Positions 11,421 through 23,702 of a DNA stretch of 64,000 nt are shown one piece after another. The DNA comes from Trichoplax adhaerens. Taxonomy: Eukaryota; Animalia; Placozoa. Below the pieces are notes generated by a model. The model was not told the DNA's origin, made no database searches, and worked only from the letters and a program-made list of their open reading frames with translations. A program made the position numbers and the translations under genes. The DNA is taken from assembly GCF_000150275.1 (NCBI RefSeq), contig NW_002060985.1, forward strand, positions 4,914-68,913, in the 5' to 3' direction. Each line of letters starts with the position of its first letter. The stretch's first letter is position 1.

Positions 11421-12855
11421 GTAAGTTAATTTCATTTGTATAAGCTACCATTCGGCACGATGACAACGCTATACTATTCCTTTTATTAATTAATTAATTT
11501 TATGCTATCAATCTATATGTTTTGCATCATCATTTATGTTGATACTGCCGAAAATTCGCTAAAAATTTATAGCGAAACTACTTCCTGAAAAGAATAGATA
11601 ATCCTCAGTACCGTACTCAATTTCGAATTATATTGCTATAGCAGTTTCAAAAGCTTCTGGGTCCATAAGACTTGTCGGACAGTTGGAAAATAGTATGCAA
11701 GGGCTCTAACCCTAACCCTTAACATAGCTTACGTTGCTATTCTATTCAAAATAAAGTCATCAAACCTTTCTTAAAATTCCAACTCTGATCAAAATTTTGA
11801 CCTAAAAGTACAGGTTTGAAGTAATTTTTAACCAGTTACAGCTTCTCTAATATAGTTAACATTCATGTTAAAAGAATCTAGACGCAAAATTACTGTCAGC
11901 GTTAATGTAATCAGTCATGTAGGCTTCTAACTTTTAAATTACATACGTATAATTGCTACAACGCAAATTTGGTCCTCTATAAAATATTTTAGCATTTTCG
12001 TGGAGAAACAGTTTTGCTAACAGCCCAATGGAAATTGGAATACTGGCATAGAAAGCTAATCAACAAGTACGGATGCTATCTCCACGACGATTTAAACTCC
12101 CATCATTATCATCAAATACAGAACCACGGCTGCATCTTTGCTGATATAAAAAGTCGCTCTAAATGGTGATTTACCTTTACAGAAGTTCGTATCTACCGGT
12201 TAATGATTTATTACTCTTCAGAGTTACTTTATGAGTGTTTGATACGAGTGTACAAGATACTATTCTTGTAAATGATGGGATCAAGCTACAGCTTAAATTT
12301 TTGGCATCATCTATATGTACCCGTAATAGTTCTTATAACATAAATTTATGATATTTAGAAAAATACATTCCATTAGCCATAGTGAAAGTCGATATAGGGT
12401 TTGATTTCTATGTTGATCATTAGACAGTAATTACTGTATTGCAAACTAAAAAAGTAGTTTTGCAGTTATCGAGAGGTTAGTATTTAATTTTAAAGTTTGA
12501 ACTTACAAAACAATAAAACTAAATTTTTATACTGAACTTATTTTTTTGCTTTTATTGGCTGCAGGACGATTTATTTAGTAACAATATTAGAAAGGTAGTT
12601 CGTGATGAGGACAATATTTTGGACTTCTCCATTATACAATCGAGAAATAGGGTAATCGATCAAAAGCTAATCTTCACTACCAAACGGAAAGCAAGCATTC
12701 AATGTTATCATGATAAATAGTTATAATACCTATTTGTAATACAAACTGTAGCCTTAATGATATCCTAAGGTCATAGCATAAACGATAAATTAATTCTAGT
12801 TAAGAAACGCTTTCATAAGTTAATGTTAGTATTACAAATGAATTGTCAGGTTTAC

Positions 12856-13111
12856 CCATCTTGACCGAACCAGAGACTGTATTCTTCTACATGTTGGATA
12901 ACCTTCTCAATGAGTTCCTGTCTTAGCTATGGAAAGTCTTGGAGAAACATTGCATTGAGGATGTCGTTCAACTGCAATGAATATCGCATTCTCCATTTTC
13001 AAAGTCAATTATGAACCATTCTCCAAATGTTATTTTTATATCTAGTAACGGAAGTTGTAAATATATTTTGCTTTGGGTCTTGCAGAAAATCCTTTCCGAT
13101 ACATTGATATT
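12856..13111 (-). pseudogene. Possible death-domain exon relic
   Basis: AG/GT-bounded segment translating YQCIGKDFLQ...RYKNNIWRMVHN*L*KWRMRYSLQLNDILNAMF, which resembles the death-fold pattern (IG.DW...ML..W...L..AL). It has 3 in-frame stops. Similarity judged by eye only. Confidence 0.35.
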
Positions 13112-13920
13112 CTAGGTTGGATAAATTCATCTTGTCAACATAAATAGTTATTGTTATTCAAACCAATAAAATAAATACAAAATAACAACCAGATCTAACA
13201 GCAGATTAACAAGAAGATGATGTGTTATTTACATGACTACGGGCCCCTTTTGTTGTTGAACATATTAAGTTGACATTAATTTGCTGCGGAAGTAAATACT
13301 AGACTAATTACTGGTTATGATAGATTAGAGGGATTGTTGTTAGCCAATACCAGGTAGGCTATTATCATAATTTGTTTTTTAACATGGATATTATGTTTAT
13401 CGTTGGCTGTCCTAATTGTTATTTATTTCAGCTCAGCAAATAAAGTGATAGATAGAATTGTCTCCAAGTGGAAATAACGTCATATGATGATACTGTAAGC
13501 GTAAGAAATAGAAGATTGAATTAAAAATGTCAAGGTATGAAAGTTTATAAACGCTTGATGCCCCAATGCTATTACCTATTACCCTCCTTATTAGATTAAT
13601 CACGGCAGTGGCATGGAATGATGATGATGAATGGAGCGATTTGTAGTAGTCTTTGAGGTATACACTTGCATAATATGTGATGTAAGTAACTAAATTACCT
13701 TTTAATGAATTGTATAATGATATTGTTCCTACTTTGATGATGTTGATGTCGATGACAAAATTAGATACTGTTTTATTCACATCAAGCCATGAAAACCTTT
13801 ATTAAAATATAATCAGATTGATCCTATGCAGAAGTCAATAGAATGAATAAACTAGTCCCCAACTGATTGACAGGGTTACAAGAAGTAGATTTCTAAGAAT
13901 TATGTTTTTGCTTTTTCTAC

Positions 13921-15065
13921 GGTATGCATTCTACCTAAGCAAGTATGTCGGAAATATCCTTATTGAAGATTATATCTGTTGGATTAGAAGTATATCTACA
14001 GCTAATACAATACTAGTAAGTCATGTAACTTACGAAGACAACAATGTTCTGTCTCAATCCTTGTGAAATAGAAAATTAAAAATACTGTCTATCAAGGCAG
14101 AAATTTCTACTATGGATCGAATATTTGGGTCCCAAACTCGCCACGCTTGCTTTCTATTTGCAATGCAGAGATAAAAATAAATAAACTAAAACCCGACTGT
14201 CGACAGTAAAGTAGACTCATAGCTAGCCATCTTGTTTGCCCTTATTTTTTTCTTAGGTAAGTCTGAAATTATACGTAGATAACTTTTCTATTTCTATGGC
14301 ATAATTCTCTATTAATTAATTAATATTCTGGGGTGTGCATTCTACCTAAGGAAGTGTACCGGAAATATCTATATTTCTTGGACAATACACATTCTATTAA
14401 CTGAATACCAATTAATAATGTTGCCTACAAAGACAACATCATCATTCTATTCTAACCTTTATGAAATAGTAAATTAAATACTGTCTATCAAGGCAGAAAT
14501 TTCCATTATAGTTTGAATATTTAGATCCAAAACCCGCCACGCTTGATTTCTATTTACAATTCAATATAGAAACATATAATATATTGACTGTTGAGATCCA
14601 TTTTAGAAACTAAAAGCCGGCTGTATAGAGTAAGATAGCTTAAACTTGTATCGGGCCATCCGGTTGATATGGCTATGATTCTTTCTCAGAAAGTGTAAAA
14701 TTATACGTAGATGACCTTTCTATTTCTATAGTATGATTTTGATTCTTTTTTTTAACATAGCAATCTTCTGCGGTGTGCATTCTACCTAAGCAAGTATAGC
14801 AGAAATATCCTTACTGAAGTCCATATTTCTTAGATTATACGCATGCAATAAGATACCAATTAGTATTGTTGCCTACGTAGACAGTTTCTTTCTATCCTAG
14901 TGAAATAGAAAATTAATATGCCGTCTATCTAGGCACTAATTTCCATATGGATCCAATATTTGAATCCAAACTGCCGCACTCGTGTTCTATTTACAATTCA
15001 ATATAGAAACATAAATCATGTGGACTTATAAAGCTGAGTTTACAAACTGAAATCCGACTGTAAAG
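13921..15065. repeat. Three diverged tandem copies of a 410-440 bp unit
   Basis: TGCATTCTACCTAAG..GAAATATC near 13925, 14335 and 14775. The blocks TGAAATAG..AATTAA, GTCTATC.AGGCA and CCAAA..C.CAC are shared. Confidence 0.85.
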
Positions 15066-15439
15066 AGCCAAGTAAGGTTATCCAAATCGTATCATAAGAG
15101 TTTTCCGATCATAATAATCAAGGACTACTCCAATCAATCTTCACATTGACTCTCCACTCCAATTTTTGCTCTTTACAATAAAAAATGGACACATTGATCA
15201 TCTGAAAGATACGAGTAAAGGATAATTAGGAAAATTTTAATGGAGAGAGAGTGGAAAAATTGGAGTTGAGCGCCGGATCGTGTTTAAACATTTTGGATTG
15301 ATGGAAGAATGGCAAGAAATGGATGATATTCCTTGTCATGAAGCAATTGACTATAGAAATAGCCTTTTCGCATCGAGTATCTCTCTCATAATCAGGCATT
15401 GCTATCTTTTATATAGTATACCAGTAATAATACTCTTAC

Positions 15440-15930
15440 TCCATCTTGACAGGATCTACTTCTGCGATTGAAATTAACAGCAGGTAAAACTGAGTATGTT
15501 CTCCATTGTACAAGAAAGAAAACTGCCTCCTATTGAAAAGTGCAAGCTAACGTAGAAGTAGAAGAAAGTACTAATCAACAAAAGGAAAATTAGTATTTGC
15601 CATGCAATATCCACACGGCTGCCGTCATCCACTGCTTTCTTGGACAAGGTATATGATTCATACAGTATTACTCCATGCTAACAGAACCTAGTGCTATCAT
15701 TGAAATCAGCAGCAAGTAAAACTGAAGATGCTCTCGGTTGTGCAAGAGTAAAGACCCTGTGATGCTGAAAAGTGCAGACTAGATAGGAGAATGGCGAGTG
15801 GTCCATGATACTGCGTCCATGCCAAAAATCAATGGTTCAACTCCTACTACTCCTTACTGACAGGATCGACGTACTTTTACCATTGAAAATCAACAGCAAG
15901 TAAAGAGGAAGCTATCGTCCGCCATACAAG
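15440..15930. repeat. Degenerate roughly 200-bp tandem triplication
   Basis: ATTGAAAT(T/C)A.CAGCA.GTAAA-like motif near 15467, 15699 and 15882. Confidence 0.55.
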
Positions 15931-16555
15931 AGTAGAGATAGAGTTATACTGCGTTAGCAAAAGAAAAAAAAAGTAGTAAATCATCGATGGATCCATGCCA
16001 AAGAGATTCATAAGCTACCGGTATAAAATTCAATTTACTGGATGATAGAATAGAGGCTGAACAATCAATGGAGTCTACAAGATGATCCTACTCCATGGAA
16101 TCTTGTTGTTTCTATTGGAAAGAGTAGACTAGCGGCAAACATCAAGAATAGCTAAAGTGAATAAGTAGCTTTATTTACATAACAGTAGAATGGCTTGTCT
16201 ACTCCTACCTTTTGATGAAAAGATGGATTGTATATAGAATTCCTCTACTCTATAAGTCCTGCAATGGTAGCAATGTTATCCAATACAATTGGAGATGATT
16301 ATGTCTCCATGTTAATTAACTTGCCTCTTCTACTCAATTGTTATCCACCATCCTATACTAGAGTAAGTAGCGATTATGTAATCGGCCATGCCACCTCGCA
16401 GAGTAGAATATCAACACTTTCCACTATAGAGAATCACTCCTTCTCAAGTGTAAAGTGTAAAAGATTGCCTTAAACTTACTCCATTCTACTAGTCAAATCG
16501 ACTGGAATCAGCGCCTCGATAGGTCCATTATTGACGGGCTAATAGCACTAACGAG

Positions 16556-16900
16556 TGATTAAGCCGTTGAACGATTCCGTTATCCTTCAATCTTGTAATC
16601 TAATTAGTGGCAAGCAGTTGCATCGACTTGTCCTTACTTTCTATTCTATAATTCTTGATTTTAATCTGCCATCTCTGATTCTCGGAAGATAGTTTTCTCC
16701 TTCAAGTAGCGGTTGGATAGGTTAGTTAGTATTTTTCGGCTCATGGTAGCAACGCGAGAAGGGGGGGGGGGAGTGGAATTAAGCCGTTGAACGATTCGAC
16801 GATTGATTCTTGCAATCGAATTAGCGGCAAACAGTCCTATCGATTTCTTCTTGTTCTCTGTTATTTAATAATTAATTTCCATCTTCTATTCTTGGTAGAT
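16556..16900. repeat. Direct duplication with about 220-bp period
   Basis: ATTAAGCCGTTGAACGATTC...TCTTG.AATC.AATTAG.GGCAA.CAGT near 16558 and 16778. Confidence 0.7.
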
Positions 16901-18422
16901 CCTTTCCTCCGCTCATTGACTGATTCATGTCCTGTGGGTATTTCTCTCCACTCCATTCATCAAGTCCGCCATTGAAGACTATTACGAAGAAGAAATTATC
17001 CGGTAAGCTAAGCCTACTATAGCCATTCTGGAAATTGTTATCATTCATCGATAGGAAAGGATACTTGTATTTAATATGGGTCCTAGCCCAAAGGATGATG
17101 AAAAGAGAGTATCTAGACTAGTATCAATCCTACTTGAGTTAAGGAAAAGAGGTATCCTATCGTTGGTGATGGACACTAATGATCACTACGGCTATTGCTT
17201 AAGCGATGACAAAGCCATATTGTTCTCTTTCCAATGTCCACATCGCCATGATGGCCAGCAAGGGGATGACAATCTATTTTCAGAGAGGGTTGGGATAAAA
17301 TCATTTCCTTGATCGTTGAATAAAATATCAATATCATTTTAACTCGATTCAAATCACCATTGCCTTCTCTACGTCTTAGCGTAGGATAGGATTTCATCTA
17401 GCAGGTATCAGTTACGTATTATTAAATATCTTATCATCGATCATCGATGAAAGCTATCCATGCTTCAATGTTGATGATAACTCATTTAATGTCAATCTAT
17501 TCAGTATTTTCTAATTGAAAAATAGTATTGATAATACACCATTGCCAATTCTCTTCATTGAGTTCGCCCTGATTGAGCCATCATAGTATATTTGATCATC
17601 TTTGTTGGCCCTAATGGATGGAGACTTTCGTTCAAACATAATATTGGTAGGACGGTTTCTGTCCAACAATCCATTGGCCACTGTTAAAATCATCTACTAG
17701 CCATCGTTATTTTTGTTCCAATATGATTTCATAATTTACTGCAGTTTGGCAAAGGAAATTGTACAAGCCTTGATGTGCTTTTCCTTAGCAATGACCGATG
17801 TTGTCGACTAATTGCAATAGTAACCATTTATTTTTCTTTCGCCACTGTGTACATTAGTCCAATAATTAGAATCAATCTATTCTTCCATCGTCACTTTATT
17901 GATCCCACATAACGACTCGATGATGGCGCCACCCGCATATGGTAACATTTTATGGCCAATAGCCACCATGATCAAGCCATCCTAGTGATTGTGGATAACT
18001 TTCGCATTGAATTTGAATGATCTAAAACGATAGCAAGCTTTTATCGACGTGTTCGGTACCGGCACAGGATTCTCAATGCCATTCGATCCATTTTATCACG
18101 TCCTGTTTTGCTACCATCTACCCTAGTGATAAAATGATTCTTTATTTGCTTCGATTGCTCTTCCATGACTTAATTGGATTATTTTTCTATGATACTGTAT
18201 AAGTTAATTACATTGATTAGTGTTGAATAGTAACGAAGCTAAACCAGAATGAGTTATTACCCCTTGATCCTTTTCAGTCAAAGTTGGAAATGATAGCAGT
18301 ACTAACCCCAACCGCGACCAATTCATGAATCATGCTACTCCAATCGCAGTTTCTTTTTCTACCCATCAGAAATGCCGGTAGTCTATTTGCGATCAAATCA
18401 TGGCCACCTTGTATCATATAAT

Positions 18423-18758
18423 CAACAATTCTTTCTTGACAATTTGCTTTGCTCTTCACGATAATCACACACGTTGAAATTAGATCGCCGATGAGCATGT
18501 TGGATGGTATTTTGCCTCCATTCGGCTATCTAATAACTTGCTTCTCTAGACAGAGACTGCTGGAGAATGGCTAAAATCATAGTCACCTTGGGTCAACAAT
18601 TCATTCTTGACAATTTGCTTTAGCAGTATCCTTTGCTTTGCTCTTCATGCTAAACACACTCGTTGAAATTAGATCGTCGATGAGCTTGTTCGATGCTATT
18701 TTGCCTCCATTCGACTACTTCATAACTTGCTTTTCTAGTCAGCGACTGCAGGAGAATT
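18423..18758. repeat. Tandem duplication with about 172-bp period
   Basis: CAACAATTC.TTCTTGACAATTTGCTTT...CGTTGAAATTAGATCG...ATTTTGCCTCCATTCG...GACTGC.GGAGAAT at 18423 and 18595. Confidence 0.85.
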
Positions 18759-18974
18759 GCTGACTTGCCTGTTTTAAAGGCTAAAATAAGCATCCATTTC
18801 CATAGACGACAAGAGAGTAGCAAGTCTAAGTTATTTTCTCGAAAATGACCTTAGTTATATCCAATGATTTGCTCCTAATGGATAACAGAGTTTTACAAAT
18901 GATAATATAGCGATCGTAGTGGAGTTGTAAGTTACCAGGTATCATTTTGGGCAGACTTGATTGGCTAAAGTTTT

Positions 18975-19570
18975 TCGATTGGATCCTAAAGTTAGATTCC
19001 TCTAGTAATGGCGAAAACAGATCGTTGATGATCTTTTGGCGCCATTAGCCTTCTATCGCATGATTTGATCTTAATGTTAGACTCTTATACAGAAATGAGC
19101 TTGTAATGACGAAAGCAATTCGTTCTGATGTTTTTAGCTCGATATTAGCCTTATTTGTATCGCATAAATTGATCCTAAGGTTAGACAATCATTCTGCAAT
19201 TAGTTTATAGTAACGAAAGCACAACGTTGAGGACATTTTGGCCTTACCCCTATCGCATGATTCAATCGTAAAATTCTGCAATGTCCAAGTTTTAAGATTA
19301 GTTTATAGTCAGGAAAGAAGTAAGATAGGATTGAATCCGTATAGTCCGTATAGTCTGGTTTACAGTCCAGAAAGCAGCTACAGGTATGATTTAGATCCAA
19401 AATTAGACGCCAGTTTTGGATTTGGTTTAGAGTTAGGAAAGCAGTCAAGGGTATCGTCTGATCTTAAATTCCAGATAAGTTTTGGACTTGGTTTAGAGTC
19501 AGGAAAGAAGTAAGGGCATAGTTTGATCTTAAATTGGAGGCAAATTTTGAAATTAGCTCATAGCCAGGAA
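18975..19570. repeat. Degenerate roughly 100-bp and 60-bp tandem repeats upstream of fucosyltransferase 1
   Basis: Recurrent AATG.CGAAA.CA / TATCGCAT.A.TT blocks, then a roughly 60-bp period of GTTTA.AGT.AGGAAAG.AG / GATCTTAAATT. Confidence 0.55.
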
Positions 19571-19787
19571 TGACCATCGTGTTTTAGCCCACTGGAACGT
19601 TAATCATGCTATTCGTATCATAGCTTGTAAAATAAGATTAGACTTAAAATCATGACTGAGAATGTAGCCTACCTCACTAATCGACTCTTGATCGAATAAG
19701 ATACACGTACTAAACTATCAAATGTACTTTCTTCACTCATTCAATTCTATCTCTAAAAATAGACGTATTTAGGCGCTAGCTGCCATC

Positions 19788-22750
19788 ATGCGGATACCAG
19801 GAGGCTTTCGGCTCAAGCGGATCATTGCTATTAGTGTCCTTTTTACTATCATCGTTGTTTCCTTTAACCTTGCTATCTTCGGTAGCCATAATAAGCAGTC
19901 GATTAAAGCCAACGATGCTGCAAAGAAAGCGATCAACATCCAGGCTAAAGATGATGAAATGCCCAATTTAAACCTAGAAGAAGATCCTGATGAACCAGTT
20001 GTTAATATTAAGATTCATGCAGACAGCAAAAAAAGAAATTCAGACAAAATTAAGCGCAACAACGACGATTTGGACAGCCAAAACCAAGAACGAAATCATG
20101 CATTAGTTATTCCTCATGCTGGACTTCAACGCAATAAAAGGAAGAAGAAAAAGTTTCTTACACGTCTTCAAAAAATGGATGCAATAGGCAGAGAAAGCGA
20201 AGACGACAATCTTGATGGATTGAACAACGATGAAAATATTGATATACAACAAATGCCAGCAGGAGATGATCCACTCCGCTCATTGCATCGCGGTGGGAAT
20301 AAGCAGGAGAAGCAGCGAAGGTAAGCAACAAATTTGAATCATCATTTTCATAGGTAAGAAAAGGATACAGTAAATCAAAGGCTTAATTTGATATTCCTAG
20401 GCATAACAACGAAGACGATCCTTTAATAGAAAAACGAGGCCATGGTATGAAGCATGATGATGAAGACGAAATTGGGATTCAAATGAATCCCTTTCAACAT
20501 GAGGAAGGAGAGGAAGCTGCCATCAAACCACCACACCTATTCAGAGCCCCTTCCAAAAAGAAAAGGCGATTTCAACGTGGTGGTAAGCATGCGGATGAAG
20601 ACGAACCATTTTCTGGTCAGCAACGTCAAGGCGTTCAAGCTAAAAATAATCAAAATGCTCCTGTTGAAATTAATCCATTCGATCCACTGAACGAAGGCCT
20701 TGGATTGGATAGTAATCCAATCATCAAGATACAACAACAAATACATAAAAAAACTGCTGGAAAGAATGGAAATCATCATCCTCTTCAAGCAAATAAAAAT
20801 CAAGACAGTCCAAATGGCCAATCTTCTCAACATGAAGGAGAGAAAATCAATAACCAGAATGGCAAAGATATAGCCGAAGATCCTATAGATAAAATAGAAG
20901 ATATCGAAGATCCATTCTTACAAGAGCATTTGAAACACCAATTTAAAGGCTATAAGAAAGATTTCAAGGAGCCTAACCATAAGAAAAAGAAACAAAGTAT
21001 TGACAATCAGCACAATGATGAGCAAAATAAGATAGAATCGGATGAGGAAATACAGCCAGTCCATATGCAAGATGATGCCAATATCGGACAAGAGGGTAGT
21101 AATATGGAAGGTAGAGATGACCCAAAAAATGAAAAGCAACCCCATGGAAAAGGAGTAAGGGACATGAAGGATAGGCAAAGTATGAAGAAAAAGAAAGATA
21201 GTTCTGAGAAGAATCACAATAGCAAACGGTTATCCATTCCTAAACAAGATATGAAGGAGAATCAAGATGGTATTGGCGGTGAAAATGTCCATCCATTATC
21301 AGATCAATCTCGGCAAGGAAGGGTGAAGAAATATCGTCGTCGTCGTCGTCGTGGACATCGACAATCCCATCCTCTAAGAAGTGCTCGAGTATTACAAAAG
21401 AATAGAGCGCAAAATAAATATTCAAGGCAGAATCAGGATCAAGAAAGGATGGAAGCGAAGAACCGCAATGAGCCAAACCATGATGGAAATGAAGAAGCCG
21501 TCGTGAACAGCAATCATGCTATCCAACGCAAGAACGATCATTCCCAGGACGATGAAAGCGGACCATCTAAAAGTAAATTCGATTCCAATTCATTTACAAA
21601 AGATGAAGAAGAAATTAAGCAACTTCAAGCTGAACAACATTTAATTGAACAACAATTAAATAAGGCCAAAAGCTACGTCGGAGATGATGAAAGGATGCCA
21701 ATCCATCGGAAAACCAACAGTATTGGCCAAACGCAATCGAAAAATAATTCCGAAATGAAAGTCATTTTATTATGGACAAAATATTATGAAAGAAGCTGGA
21801 AAATCGATATGGATTTTACTGTCGAGTTACCCTTAGGGAGGACTTATTTTAATCGATATTGCAAGATTAAAAATTGCTTCTTAACCATTAATCGATCGGC
21901 CTATAAAAAATCGCATGCTATCGTCTTCAACGATCGCGATTTGCCTGATCATATTGCTCATATGCCCTATTTTAAAGATCGTCGGCCATGGCAACGTTGG
22001 GTGTATTACAATTTTGAATCGCCCTACTATGCTCGAGGTTATAAGCCATTTTTCATCAATGCAGGCATGTTTAACTGGTCTATGACCTACCATCATAATG
22101 CCGATATTGATATTCAATATGGCCACGCTGTTCAGCGGCCAATTCCACGCGCAACCCTACCCGATTATCATGGTAGAAAAGATGTACATGTTACTTGGGC
22201 AGTAAGTCACTGTCTTAATGCCAGAATGAAATATGTTCAAGCTTTATCGAAATATATTTCCATCGACATTTATGGTATTTGTGGCAATAAGACATGCATT
22301 GGAACGAATAGGCATTGTTGGAAGACAGTATTTAGTCGATCCATGTTTTATTTGTCCTTTGAAAATTCCGTATGTGCCGAATATGTGACGGAAAAGTTAT
22401 GGAATCCATTACTTTATGGGGTTGTCCCGGTTGTCTTGGGAGGCGCAGATTATCGCAAAATTGCACCACCCAAATCGTATATTGATGCTCGTGATTTCCC
22501 TTCTGTCAAGGATTTAGCTGAATATTTGCATAAAGTTAGCCGTGATAAAAATCTTTACAACTCCTACATGAAATGGAAATTAAACTGGAAGATTGTTGTA
22601 CCAAGACATTGGTGTAATTTATGTAACGCACTGCATGATCCTAATCGGCCGCCTAAAGTTTATACCACATTAAGTCGCGATTGGGATGGTCTAAATCGCC
22701 AATGCCAACCTTATCCAGATCCTTACGAGTATCTGCCTAAAAAGGATTAA
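19788..22750 (+). CDS. GT10 alpha-1,3/4-fucosyltransferase, type II membrane protein, about 960 aa; exons 19788-20320 and 20401-22750
   Basis: N-terminal TM IIAISVLFTIIVVSFNLAIFG. An 80-nt phase-2 intron (AG|GTAAGC...TTCCTAG|G) fuses the 178-aa and 767-aa ORFs in frame. Catalytic motifs VILLWT, WVYYNFESP, FNWSMTY..ADI..YG, WAVSHC, FYLSFENSVCAEYVTEKLW and VPVVLGG. Confidence 0.93.
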
Positions 22751-22849
22751 ATTATTTCTATGGTAATAACACTAAGACTGCTTGGAGTTGGATTGTCATA
22801 ATTTTGTCGTTGGCTATATTTATGGATTGCATAAAACACCATCATGGAG

Positions 22850-23702
22850 TTGCTTGTAGCTTTGTGATACTTGTTGAAACTTTGAACAATTTGCTTTTGC
22901 TGTAATACTTGGATTGAACTAGAAATCAACACATCATTTGTGATATCGCATTGTAAACTACCTCGACATAAGCTTTCAGTGAATGTACCTTTCTATCCTC
23001 ATGTTTGGAATGCTTACACCATGCATGCTAGAAGAACCTAAACTGATTGAAAAAGCACCACGGAAGCGCTGGTAGCTTTGCCATACTTGTTGCAACTTTA
23101 GACAACTTGCTTTTGCTATCCTAGTTGGATTGAGCTGTAAACCAACGCATCATGGAGGATGTCGAATTGTAAACCACTCCAATACAAGCTTTCAATGAAT
23201 GTATTCTAACTGTCATGTTTTTAATGTTTCCATCCCATATTCTAGAAGGACCAAAGTTTATTTAAAAAGTGCCACAGAAGCCCGGGTAGCTTTGCGATAC
23301 TTGTTAAAATTTTGGACAATCTACGTTGCTCGAACTGTAAATCAATACATCATCAATGATATCCTATTGTAAACTATGCCAACATAAGTTTTCCATGGTG
23401 GTATTCTAACCGATCTATCCTCAGGTTTTTGATGTTGACATCATGCATGCTAGAAGGACTCAAGTTTATTTAAAAAAGCGCCACGAAGGCACTGGTAGTT
23501 TTGCAATACTTGTTGAAATTTTGGATACCTTGCATTTGCTATAGCAGTTAAATTGAACTGTCAATCAATGCATCATGAATGATGTCGTACTGTATATATA
23601 ACACCAACACAAGCTTTAAAATGATTAATGTATTCTAACTGATCTATCCTCATGTTTTTGATGTTGACAACATACTTTGTTAGTAGAACCCAAATTTATT
23701 GA
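22850..23702. repeat. Four diverged tandem copies of a 210-216 bp unit immediately 3' of fucosyltransferase 1
   Basis: GTAG(C/T)TTTG..ATACTTGTT..AA.TTT near 22856, 23073, 23286 and 23495. Confidence 0.85.

Noticed and set aside
11706-11719. Telomeric (CCCTAA)n
   Set aside because: Only about two units; not distinguishable from chance.
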